From: Patescibacteria group bacterium
Lineage (GTDB): Bacteria > Patescibacteriota > Dojkabacteria > J137
Direction of reading: 5' to 3'
DNA: 64,000 bases
NCBI GenBank assembly: GCA_016861265.1
Contig: BOLA01000001.1
Span: 1,023,745-1,087,744, forward strand
Part shown: positions 27,918-37,135 of the stretch, in pieces
Position numbering within the stretch: position 1 is the first letter of the stretch
Layout of the letters: the number at the start of each line of letters is the position of its first letter
The notes under the pieces: generated by a model
Databases searched by the model: none
What the model saw: only the letters and a program-made list of their open reading frames with translations
What the model was told of the DNA's origin: nothing
Position numbers and translations under genes: made by a program

Positions 27918-29225
27918 ATGAGAGAACGTAAAAGTATTTTCAGAAAAGCAATTTATGCCTTTCTGAGCGCTATTTTACTTACCCTCGTAACTACTCCATT
28001 CCTGTTAAAAGCAGATGATGGTGTAGATACGACGCCCCCTGAGATTGGTTATGGATATCAAACTCCTGTCGATGGTTCTATAGTTCAAGGTACTATTGTA
28101 CTTGATGCTAATTTCAATGACGAACAAGGTCTTGCTTATGCAGGAATTGGTTTAGGAAACTCCGAAACCTACTACCTTTACTGTTTCTTTGGAACAGATG
28201 AAGGAATTCTTGAGAGCGGTTATCAGTCATGTTCTGTAGATACAACTGTAATTCCAAACGGATATTACGAAGTAGTTTACTGGGCAATGAATTCAGCTGG
28301 ACTAGAATCTACAACTATTGTAGGTGGAGTTAGAATTTTAAATGTGGACAACCCTGTACTAGATACAGAAGCTCCAGAGTTTTCCTTAAAGGATGTAACT
28401 AGAGATGAAAACGAACAAGTTCCTGGTTACAGTGAATTTATTCAATCAAACCCAGAAGGATTAACTCCTGTATGTTCTGGATTAGATAATTCAACATACT
28501 ATGTGGCTCAACCTCACGGAAATATTTTAGTACCTGTAAGTTGTACAGTAACTGATGCGGCAGGTAATTCAACAACTGCAACAGCCAACTTGATAGTAAA
28601 TAATGTACAACCTCAAGTTGTAATTATTGCAATGCCATCAACAAATGTAACAGCAGGCAATTCAATAACATTAACTGCAAATATTTTGCATGGAAATGGA
28701 AGCTTTAACTATTACTGGACCGGAGCCTGCAGTGGCAATGGGAGTCAGATTAATACAGGCTTAACATCTTCTGTAGTTGCAAATTATTCAGCAGGATCTT
28801 ACCTATGTGGAATTGTAGTTACTGATTCTGATGGAGATGTTGTTGGAGCATCCGTACAATTAGATTTCCTAAATGGAACAGTAAATTCAACAGACAATAA
28901 TTCAACAAACAATACGAATACAGATACTACTTCAGAAAATAATGAAGCTGAAGATACTAATTCTAGCGAATCCACAGAGACCGAAACAGAATCTACTGAT
29001 GGACAAGTAGAAGGTGTTAATACAGATTCACCTGCAAGTAGTTCACAAGACGAAGCACAGCCTGTAAATACAACTAATGCAACAGACTCTACGAACTCAA
29101 CTTCTGGTACATCACCTGTTGTAATTATTTGCTTAGTGGCTGGAGGAATATTAATTATCGGTTTGCTTTTATTCTTATTCTTTAGAGGAGAAGATGACGA
29201 AGAAACTGAGGCTGCAGCTAGCTAA
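27918..29225 (+). CDS. cell-surface protein: signal peptide, Ig-like beta domains, acidic Ser/Thr/Asn-rich stalk, C-terminal TM anchor
   Basis: N-terminal AFLSAILLTLVTTPFLL. Low-complexity stalk NSTDNNSTNNTNTDTTSENNEAEDTNSSESTETETESTDG... C-terminus VVIICLVAGGILIIGLLLFLFFRGEDDEETEAAAS. Confidence 0.55.
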   Translation: MRERKSIFRKAIYAFLSAILLTLVTTPFLLKADDGVDTTPPEIGYGYQTPVDGSIVQGTIVLDANFNDEQGLAYAGIGLGNSETYYLYCFFGTDEGILESGYQSCSVDTTVIPNGYYEVVYWAMNSAGLESTTIVGGVRILNVDNPVLDTEAPEFSLKDVTRDENEQVPGYSEFIQSNPEGLTPVCSGLDNSTYYVAQPHGNILVPVSCTVTDAAGNSTTATANLIVNNVQPQVVIIAMPSTNVTAGNSITLTANILHGNGSFNYYWTGACSGNGSQINTGLTSSVVANYSAGSYLCGIVVTDSDGDVVGASVQLDFLNGTVNSTDNNSTNNTNTDTTSENNEAEDTNSSESTETETESTDGQVEGVNTDSPASSSQDEAQPVNTTNATDSTNSTSGTSPVVIICLVAGGILIIGLLLFLFFRGEDDEETEAAAS

Positions 29226-29249
29226 TTAATAGTAAATAGAAATTATTAC

Positions 29250-29275
29250 AAGGCTCCGAAAGGAGCCTTTTTTAT
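29250..29275 (+). terminator. rho-independent terminator
   Basis: aaggctcc-gaa-aggagcctt followed by tttttt. Confidence 0.7.
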
Positions 29276-29461
29276 TGACCTTCTTGAAAACTTTGCTTGT
29301 TAACGCCTCATGAAGAAGTATTTAGAACTTTGCTATTCCATTATAGTGTCAAAATATTCTACTATAGATTTTCTTTCTACTTCTTTCAAAATTAAAACTA
29401 CGCTTGCTATGTGGGTATATATCTGTGCTAAAATCTCATGTCCAGTTGTTAATTCAGAAGC

Positions 29462-29638
29462 ATGTACGATACAAATAATTCTCAAATCTTAGGTACTAGT
29501 GCAGTATCAGTTCCCGCACTAATTGCTCTGGGAGTTGAGCCAACCTTTGCGATACTAATTTGCGTTGCCATTTTCATTGTACTATTCATCTTTTTTATTG
29601 CATATAAATATAGAAATAGAAATAAGACAAGATGAATA
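29462..29638 (+). CDS. unannotated small single-TM protein (58 aa), translationally coupled to the GT2 synthase
   Basis: ATG 29462 ... MYDTNNSQILGTSAVSVPALIALGVEPTFAILICVAIFIVLFIFFIAYKYRNRNKTR. Its stop TGA overlaps the downstream ATG (ATGA at 29632). Below the 60-aa cutoff of the track. Confidence 0.35.
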
Positions 29639-30825
29639 TTAATCAAATAATTAGCATGTATTTGCTCTTTTCACTCATTAGGTGTGTTTATACTATATGT
29701 GTTGGATTCTTATATGTGCATAGACCACTTAAGCAATCAAGTAATTATTCCCCATTCGTAAGCATTGTAGTACCTGCTTGGAACGAGTCGGTAGGGCTTG
29801 GAAAAACTATCGAATCTATTATAAATAGCAATTATAAGAATTTGGAAGTTATTATAGTTAATGATGGCTCAACAGATAATACTAATGAAGTTGCCTTAGG
29901 TTACACTCAGAATTTCTCGAATGTTAGGTTAATTGATAAGGAAAATGGTGGAAAGTCATCTGCCCTTAACTTAGGTATTAAAAATTCATACGGCGAGATT
30001 ATTATTACGATAGATGCAGATTCATATATTTACCCAGATGCAATAAGCTACTTGATTTCTTCCCTTGAAAATCAGGAAATTGATGGAGCAATTGGTAAAA
30101 TAGTTGTAGGTAATAGAAACAATTTTATCGGAGTGATCCAATATTTTGAATATCTTTTCGGATTTCACAGTAAGAAAAGTCAAGAAATTCTTAATTCGAT
30201 TTATATTTTACCCGGAGCCCTTACAGCATTAAGGAAGAATGCAATAGAATCAGTTGGTTATTTTGAAGATTATTCAAAGACAGAAGATTTTGATATCTCT
30301 ATTAAGCTGAAAAGTGAAGGACATAAAATAACTTATGTTGATGATGCCATTTGTATAACTGAGGGTGCTTCGGACTTTAAAGGATTGCTAAATCAGAGAA
30401 CTAGATGGAGACATGGTTTTCTACAATGCATTATCCATAGAAAGGAGTTTTTGGTTCAAACAAAAAAGGGGTACTATCTCACATTTGTAGAACTACCTTT
30501 TGCACTTCTAGGAATAATTGATATTCTGCTATATCCTTTATTACTAGGGTTTATTATTTTCAGTATTCTAACTATTTCAAGTTCAGCCATATTTGTTCTT
30601 TCATACCTCGTACTTCCATATAGTTATTTACTTTTAATGGATAAGGATTTATTAAAGAATCTTAGACTGCTTAAATATTTTGCCTTAATCCCAATATTAT
30701 TTAGTATTGTCAATGCGATCGAGTTTGTTGCACTTATCAAATCACTTTATAGAATAGTTACAAAGAAGCAAACAAATTGGACTAATTGGGTAAGAACTGG
30801 AATCGACCTGAAACCTGAAAGATAA
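29632..30825 (+). CDS. processive membrane GT2 synthase (NodC/HasA/IcaA/cellulose-synthase-like)
   Basis: N-terminal TM. GT-A core VVPAWNE...VNDGSTDNT...IDADS. Processivity motif QRTRWRHG (QxxRW) followed by C-terminal TM helices. Confidence 0.75.
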   Translation: MNINQIISMYLLFSLIRCVYTICVGFLYVHRPLKQSSNYSPFVSIVVPAWNESVGLGKTIESIINSNYKNLEVIIVNDGSTDNTNEVALGYTQNFSNVRLIDKENGGKSSALNLGIKNSYGEIIITIDADSYIYPDAISYLISSLENQEIDGAIGKIVVGNRNNFIGVIQYFEYLFGFHSKKSQEILNSIYILPGALTALRKNAIESVGYFEDYSKTEDFDISIKLKSEGHKITYVDDAICITEGASDFKGLLNQRTRWRHGFLQCIIHRKEFLVQTKKGYYLTFVELPFALLGIIDILLYPLLLGFIIFSILTISSSAIFVLSYLVLPYSYLLLMDKDLLKNLRLLKYFALIPILFSIVNAIEFVALIKSLYRIVTKKQTNWTNWVRTGIDLKPER

Positions 30826-30858
30826 TTGAAAGTTCATTTATCATTGGGTTGAGTTAGG

Positions 30859-31341
30859 TTAATCTAATCCTTCATTCACTCTAACCACAAACTCCCTCTG
30901 CGTCTCGTTAATTTTTTCCAAAGCTTCTCCCACACTAAAAAATACACCCTTATCTATTTCTGGAGCCTGGAATTGTTTAATGCCTAGGTTAATTGTAATC
31001 TTATTAGACTTCTCTTTCAGGTCTGCAAACCCATTTGAGTCTACAATTTCTGGTAATTCATATTCTAATGCCCACGCAAATACTTGTTTCCCATTCTTTT
31101 GAATAACACTTCCGAGTTCAATCATTTTATTTCTATAATTTGAAATATCAACTGAAGTCTCTTCATTGAACTCTCTAATGGCACAATCAACCTTCTCTTC
31201 GTTTTTATTTAATTCACCCTTTGGAATACTCCAGTATCCATTATCTTTTTTTGCAAAAAAAGGGCCTCCCGGATGCACCAAGAATACTTGCAATTCATTG
31301 TTTTGTACCCTATAAACTAATACACCACAGCTAATTTTCAT
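30859..31341 (-). CDS. NUDIX hydrolase
   Basis: Nudix box GELNKNEEKVDCAIREFNEETSV (Gx5Ex7REUxEExGU). Confidence 0.75.
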   Translation of the reverse strand: MKISCGVLVYRVQNNELQVFLVHPGGPFFAKKDNGYWSIPKGELNKNEEKVDCAIREFNEETSVDISNYRNKMIELGSVIQKNGKQVFAWALEYELPEIVDSNGFADLKEKSNKITINLGIKQFQAPEIDKGVFFSVGEALEKINETQREFVVRVNEGLD

Positions 31342-31578
31342 AAAATTATTCTTGCCTAAAGAAATATATACGTCTATACTTTAATTTGTTTCTACAGTTA
31401 TGGCAAATCAAGTACTCTTGGCTAAGCGAGAGTTGGCTTATGGCCGTCTATTTGGTAAATACTTTTTATGGGTAAATGCATTTGAAAATCCTAAGTAAGC
31501 TACTTAGGAATTCTGCCCCATCTTCACCCCAATTCGTTTTTGAAATTAAACACACCCTACTTCTTATAAATTATTTAT

Positions 31579-33219
31579 ATGAGTAGACGTAATAAGATTT
31601 CTCCAAATCAAAGGCGCTTGTTCAGCATAGATGATAGCGATAATGTTACATATTTTTTGAACGGTTATCCTCAAACTCTGGAGCAACTTCAGCAAGGTGG
31701 GGATTTTGAAGATATTGATATATTTCTACAAGATACTTCATTAGATTTATTAGGCTATACGGATCAAATAGAAGCCATCCACGAAATTGCAAACCCTGAA
31801 AAAAAAGACGATAACACAGTGCAGTTGTCAATTTCGGATCTGGAAAAAATTAGGCGTATATTAACTGCAATTCCGCAGTTTAGAGATTTGGCAGCAGAAA
31901 AAAACGACGATATAGAATCAATTGAATTCCTAGCCGAAGCTGTGCAAACTATAGACTTTATGAGTCTGCCTCATTTTGATATCGATATGTCAATTTTCGA
32001 TGTGTTGGTTAAGAATAATCCTGAATATAGGGAATTTGTATTCGGAACACTAATGAGCCTTGTTAATGATATAGGCAGAAGTAATAAATTCCCTACCAGA
32101 AGGTATTTATCCAGGGTGTTTATTGACTTTACTGATAGTGAACTTGAAAAAGTTTATCAATTACTTAAAAGATTTTTAAGTATGTTAAATGCATGGGGGG
32201 GTATTCAAATACATTATTTTGAACAAACCGTAAGAGATTGGATGTATATAGTTTATGAACGCGGCGGGAATATGGATGTTGAGCAAATCTACAAATACTT
32301 GCAAACAAGGTATGCATGCAAGCCAGATTTTGAATTAAAGTATGTAGCAAATATGATTGCTAATTCAATATCATTTAATACAAACTTAGATGAGTTTGTG
32401 GATGAATTTATAAGATATATACATTGTTTTTCACCAGAAAAAAATATTTTCTTAACCCAAGAAGAAGTTTTCAGGTTGTGGACAAGTGAATTTCTAGTGC
32501 AAAGAATTAAGGATGCTGCACAAAAATGGAAGCATCGTATGTATGAATCAAGAGTTACAAGTCCAGAAGACGATTTAGAGGCGTATTTCGGAATTAGTAG
32601 AAGATTGTCTACAAGAGTTATGCAGAATCAACTGCCGCCAGAGGTCTGTTCAGAAGATTGCTTGAATGAATCGGTTATTAAACTAAAGATGTACTTTCCG
32701 GAGGGACATAGAACGCTTATCGAGGCAAGGCTCGATAGATTTATTAGAGTGAATGGTAGGGCTGAAATTTATGATTGGAAAACTAGGAAAAAGCAGATAG
32801 ATGAAATGAATGATTTTGAGAAGCTTCAAATTGTTTTGCAATGTATAGCACTACAAAATGTATTGGTGAGAACCTCGGAAGGTTCTATTTATACTCCTAT
32901 GGTTAATCAAGATTACAAGTTTTTTATTCAATCCACAAATCTAGAGTGGGTAAATTTACAAAGCCTGCCCAGTTTTTCACACATACCTGAGCAATCTGAA
33001 GGTCTATATGATTATGTTCAATTAAATATTGGTGAACAAGAGGCTCTTAGACTATTACAGAGTTTTTCTAGAATAGTTCATTTTTTAATTTGTAATAAAA
33101 AACAATTTGCAAGAATACGCCGTCACTTGAAAAATGTTGATAGTTACATTCCTGCTCCAAGGATCTTGGCACCGATATATGTTGAACAGAAAAATGTATT
33201 GGAACCGGTCGAAGCTTAA
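31579..33219 (+). CDS. hypothetical protein (546 aa), no recognisable motif
   Basis: Long ATG-start ORF with coding-like composition. By eye its GC looks slightly higher than the local average. Confidence 0.5.
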   Translation: MSRRNKISPNQRRLFSIDDSDNVTYFLNGYPQTLEQLQQGGDFEDIDIFLQDTSLDLLGYTDQIEAIHEIANPEKKDDNTVQLSISDLEKIRRILTAIPQFRDLAAEKNDDIESIEFLAEAVQTIDFMSLPHFDIDMSIFDVLVKNNPEYREFVFGTLMSLVNDIGRSNKFPTRRYLSRVFIDFTDSELEKVYQLLKRFLSMLNAWGGIQIHYFEQTVRDWMYIVYERGGNMDVEQIYKYLQTRYACKPDFELKYVANMIANSISFNTNLDEFVDEFIRYIHCFSPEKNIFLTQEEVFRLWTSEFLVQRIKDAAQKWKHRMYESRVTSPEDDLEAYFGISRRLSTRVMQNQLPPEVCSEDCLNESVIKLKMYFPEGHRTLIEARLDRFIRVNGRAEIYDWKTRKKQIDEMNDFEKLQIVLQCIALQNVLVRTSEGSIYTPMVNQDYKFFIQSTNLEWVNLQSLPSFSHIPEQSEGLYDYVQLNIGEQEALRLLQSFSRIVHFLICNKKQFARIRRHLKNVDSYIPAPRILAPIYVEQKNVLEPVEA

Positions 33220-33240
33220 TATAATTTTAATATATGCAAT

Positions 33241-33627
33241 ATGTCTTACTCCATTCTAAGTAGAAGAAGATTACATGAATTTGCTGAAGAGAGATCACAA
33301 CTTAGTGAGCTTGATACAAGACCACTACGATGCTCACATAACACTCATCTAAAGGGCTTAAAAGAATACGATGACACTGCATTCGGGCTACTGGTAACCG
33401 ATATTGAACACTATGCTTATCACTTAATCTTTAGAAAGGAACCTTACGTTATTGAGGTCCTAGGCTTAACTTATGAACAAAATTTATGGAGTCTAAACGA
33501 GATGTGGAAACAAATTATGTGGATCTCAGATAGTTTATGTTTAACTAAGGAGCAGGTACTGGAACAGGTAGAGAAAGCTAAGTTATATTGGTATGCAATG
33601 TTAGCAATTGATCCTATTGAGGCTTAA
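33241..33627 (+). CDS. hypothetical protein (128 aa)
   Basis: ATG-start ORF 21 nt after the 546-aa gene. Its 3' end overlaps the 3' end of the convergent helicase-nuclease by 14 nt. Confidence 0.45.
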   Translation: MSYSILSRRRLHEFAEERSQLSELDTRPLRCSHNTHLKGLKEYDDTAFGLLVTDIEHYAYHLIFRKEPYVIEVLGLTYEQNLWSLNEMWKQIMWISDSLCLTKEQVLEQVEKAKLYWYAMLAIDPIEA

Positions 33628-36600
33628 TTTCCTCCTCAATTTCGTTGAAGGTCTTACAGTATAGACATTCCTTACATGTTGGGTATTGCTCACTTCCAAA
33701 ATCCAAATTTCTTATTCTTGTTATAACATCTTTTATTTTCTCTTTTAAATCTGCAATATCTTCCGGAGTAATCTTAAATGATACACTTTTAAATTCTCCA
33801 TTGACTGCCGGCTTTAAATACTGAACAGTACTTTCAATTACTTTATAGTTGAGCATTGAATTAAATGGTTTAAAATTCTTATCCAAATCGGCAATTAATT
33901 TATAAAAAACTAATTGTCTAAATGTATCTCCCGTTGCGTTCTTATTCTCTCCCATTATTTCTTTCACTGATTTTGGTTTTGAAGTTTTATAGTCCACAAC
34001 TCTAACTTCGCCCCGAGTCTTATCTATCCACTCTATTCTATCTATCTTCCCACTTAATTTTAGTGGTTTAGTATTTTCATCCTCAAAATCCAATATTACA
34101 TTTTTGTTATTAAAACTATACTCAACATCCGCAGGTATACTAAACTCACCGTTGTAAAATTTATAATAGTCTTCAAGAATTTCTATGCCTTCCTCAAGTA
34201 TTACCTTATAATCATCAGGATCAATAATTTGTCTTTCTAAATTTGATATAAACATTTGAGTTAGGAACTCTAGATCTTTAGTCGTACCTTTAATTTGATT
34301 TCTTGCATATTGTTCTAAAGCATAGTGAATTGCAGTTCCTAATATTAAACTATTGTTTTTAGAATGGGGGGCATTTAGTAAATCCTCGAATTTAAATCTT
34401 AATGGGCAGTCAATGTACTTATTTAGTGAGGTAGCACTCAAGGAAAATCTATCTATCACCGAATTTAGGTACTCCTGCTCGGTGACTGAATACGGAGAAA
34501 AGCTATTGAATTTAAGCTTATTTAAGGCCTTTTGTTTATCAAATATATTTTCAGTTACCGCATTGACTTCTAGTAATTTATCTTGAAGTTCATTTATGAA
34601 CAAACTCGGTACTGTGGTCTTAACATTGTTGCCTTGAGGGTATTCTTTGGCATAGGTAATAAATAACTTTTCCTTTGCTCTTGTTAAGGCTACAAAGAAT
34701 AAACGTCTTTCGTCTTCGAGCTTATCCATTTTCAGACTTTCCGTGTCCTGTTCTCCCGTAAGATTATATATTTCGTCGGGCAGCGTGATTAATGAGCTAA
34801 CTTTTTTATTTCCCCACTTCTTATCCACACACTTTATTATGAATACATACTTATATTCTAATCCCTTTGACTTATGGGCCGTCATTAGGTTAACACCTTC
34901 TTTGTTTACCGAAACTTCAGTTTCTTGAATAGAAATAAAGTTATCTTCGAGTAATTTTAAATCTAATAGAAACTCCTCTAGCGATAGTTCTTTATTTGTT
35001 TGATTTATGCTTTTAACATACTCAAAAAAGGATTGAATCGAATTTATATTTTCAACATTATTTTGGATAAAGTAATGGTCCAAATAACCTGTTAAATCCA
35101 TTACCTTTTTAATAAAGTTGAGGAACATGTGATTAACTGAATCGCCCTTGAACTCCAATAACATTTCAGCAATATTATTAATTTTTTCTATTTCGGTAAT
35201 TCCGTTTAGTTGCAATTGCTCTTTATCCAGCATTAACTCAAATATACTTAGTCTTTTGTCATGGGCTATTTTTGTTAATTTAAAGCAATCGAGTCTTGAA
35301 ATCTTGAAAAATGGGTAGAAAATAATCTTAAAAATAATAGAGTCTCTATCTTTATCGGTGTAGCTAATTGCTTTTAGCAAGTTTATAAGCTGGATTACTG
35401 GTAATTGATTTAAAGAATTCTTCCCGGCAGCTAGTCTTACAGGTATATTGTTGTTTATTAAATCTAAGGCTATGTCCTCTCCATCCGAATGTTCTTTATA
35501 GAATATTGCAATATCAGAGTATTTAACTCCATTTGTTTCTAATTCTTTTATCTTATTAACTACGAAATTATTTTCTGCATCCTGGTTATTAAACTCAAAG
35601 ACTTCAGTTGGATGGTTAGGTATATTTAGACCCGCTTTTAGGTTCTTATTCAGACCCTCTATAAGTTTATTTAATCTTGCCTGATTATGGTCTACCAGTT
35701 TAGAAGATAAGTCTAAAATGTGTTGTGAAGATCGATAATTAATTGTGAGGCTAATAGTCTTTACGTCTTCAAATTGTTTTTTAAAGAAAAGTAAATTTTC
35801 GACGTTAGCTCCTTGAAATCTAAATATTGCTTGGTCGTCATCACCTACAGCAAATATATTGGGTCTTGTATCAAAGGAACCAAGAACCTTTAGAATTTCG
35901 TTTTGGGCACCATTAGTATCTTGATATTCATCTACAAGTATATATAAGTATTTTTCTTGAAGGCTAGCTAATAATTCGTCATCGGATTTTAGCTTGTCTA
36001 TTACAAATAGAATCATATCCTCGTAATCATAGAAGCCTTCCTCTGAAAGTGCATCGGTATACAACTGATATATTTCTGCCAACTCAAGATTCTTTGTGTA
36101 TTTATTTACTTTATCGGTATATTTACCTAACGGTTTACCGGTTTTCTTATTTAGTTCCGGATTTGCCTTTAACTCTTCTAGGACTTCTTCACAGATAGCT
36201 TTTAGTTCACTGGCTTTCTTGCCTTCTCTTTTGAGTGTTTGTATGCTGTCCAGAATGCTTTTTTGGTAGTAATACTTATCTCCGAAGGTAACTAACGAAG
36301 ACTTTCCGGTTTCTGCAACCTTATCAATAATTGATCGTATAATTTTAATTTTATTTAAATCGTCCAGTTGCTTAAGTTCTTTTTTGAATACAAATTTTTC
36401 GGGATTACTTTGAATTACATCGTTACAGAAGCTATGGAAAGTAAAGATTTTTACATACAGAGCGTCGTTACCTATAAGACCTAATAGTCTATTTCGCATA
36501 GCGTTTACACCAGAATCGGTGAAGGTTAGGCACAATATATTCTGTGATGATGCGTCTGTTTTGCTAAGTATATTGGCTATTCTATAGCTTAGAACCTGAG

Positions 36601-36712
36601 TCTTACCTGTTCCAGGCCCTGCTATAACTAAAACTGGTCCATCTATAGTGTTTACAGCTTCCTGCTGAGAAGGGTTCAGTCCTTTAATTTGTTCGTCAAG
36701 ATTAATCTTCAT
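33614..36712 (-). CDS. UvrD/PcrA-like SF1A helicase fused to a C-terminal RecB-family PD-(D/E)xK nuclease with Cas4/AddB-type Cys cluster
   Basis: N-terminus LNPSQQEAVNTIDGPVLVIAGPGTGKTQVLSYRIANIL (Walker A) and VDEYQDTN (motif II). C-terminus GKIDRIEWIDKTRGEVRVVDYKTSK (RecB nuclease motif), an upstream Cys (YIDCPLRF) and a terminal TCKECLYCKTF. Confidence 0.75.
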   Translation of the reverse strand: MKINLDEQIKGLNPSQQEAVNTIDGPVLVIAGPGTGKTQVLSYRIANILSKTDASSQNILCLTFTDSGVNAMRNRLLGLIGNDALYVKIFTFHSFCNDVIQSNPEKFVFKKELKQLDDLNKIKIIRSIIDKVAETGKSSLVTFGDKYYYQKSILDSIQTLKREGKKASELKAICEEVLEELKANPELNKKTGKPLGKYTDKVNKYTKNLELAEIYQLYTDALSEEGFYDYEDMILFVIDKLKSDDELLASLQEKYLYILVDEYQDTNGAQNEILKVLGSFDTRPNIFAVGDDDQAIFRFQGANVENLLFFKKQFEDVKTISLTINYRSSQHILDLSSKLVDHNQARLNKLIEGLNKNLKAGLNIPNHPTEVFEFNNQDAENNFVVNKIKELETNGVKYSDIAIFYKEHSDGEDIALDLINNNIPVRLAAGKNSLNQLPVIQLINLLKAISYTDKDRDSIIFKIIFYPFFKISRLDCFKLTKIAHDKRLSIFELMLDKEQLQLNGITEIEKINNIAEMLLEFKGDSVNHMFLNFIKKVMDLTGYLDHYFIQNNVENINSIQSFFEYVKSINQTNKELSLEEFLLDLKLLEDNFISIQETEVSVNKEGVNLMTAHKSKGLEYKYVFIIKCVDKKWGNKKVSSLITLPDEIYNLTGEQDTESLKMDKLEDERRLFFVALTRAKEKLFITYAKEYPQGNNVKTTVPSLFINELQDKLLEVNAVTENIFDKQKALNKLKFNSFSPYSVTEQEYLNSVIDRFSLSATSLNKYIDCPLRFKFEDLLNAPHSKNNSLILGTAIHYALEQYARNQIKGTTKDLEFLTQMFISNLERQIIDPDDYKVILEEGIEILEDYYKFYNGEFSIPADVEYSFNNKNVILDFEDENTKPLKLSGKIDRIEWIDKTRGEVRVVDYKTSKPKSVKEIMGENKNATGDTFRQLVFYKLIADLDKNFKPFNSMLNYKVIESTVQYLKPAVNGEFKSVSFKITPEDIADLKEKIKDVITRIRNLDFGSEQYPTCKECLYCKTFNEIEEEIKPQ

Positions 36713-36760
36713 ACACTAAGAGGTTACCACTAGTATACCCTTTATTTGAAGCAAAATTTT

Positions 36761-36783
36761 TGGTGGAGTTGTTTACTCCACCA
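36761..36783 (-). terminator. perfect 9-bp hairpin between the 75-aa ORF and the helicase-nuclease start (weak U-tract)
   Basis: tggtggagt-tgttt-actccacca. The flanks are AAAATTTT rather than a clean U-run. Confidence 0.3.
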
Positions 36784-36800
36784 CTAGGGATATGTAGGAC

Positions 36801-37028
36801 CTATTCCAAGTCTTCTTCCGTTTTGGTTGATGACTTGGGTGTTTCTGATCTATCCATAACATGAGTAATGAATTGCTCTTGCAGGTATCGATTATCGCGT
36901 TTAATATCTTCCTTTAGTATTTCTAGCTCTAACCATCTTTGGAAGGGAGCTAGTAATACATCGAAGATAAAATCAATAAACTTAGCCCACAAGTACCCAG
37001 GTATCTTGAGCATCATTATACCTTTCAT
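36801..37028 (-). CDS. small hypothetical protein (75 aa)
   Basis: ATG-start ORF upstream of the helicase-nuclease on the same strand. Confidence 0.35.
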   Translation of the reverse strand: MKGIMMLKIPGYLWAKFIDFIFDVLLAPFQRWLELEILKEDIKRDNRYLQEQFITHVMDRSETPKSSTKTEEDLE

Positions 37029-37135
37029 ATCTCGCTATATATTTTGATTATATATCTCTTTGTCATTTTCTGTCAAAGCTTAAACTGTGATTGAATTACT
37101 AGCAACTTGATTAATCAATTGATACAATATTTATT

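Noticed and set aside
28860-29100. Short periodic nucleotide repeats (aca/aat/gaa-rich)
   Set aside because: They are in-frame Ser/Thr/Asn/Glu codon runs of the surface-protein stalk, not a tandem-repeat locus or CRISPR array.
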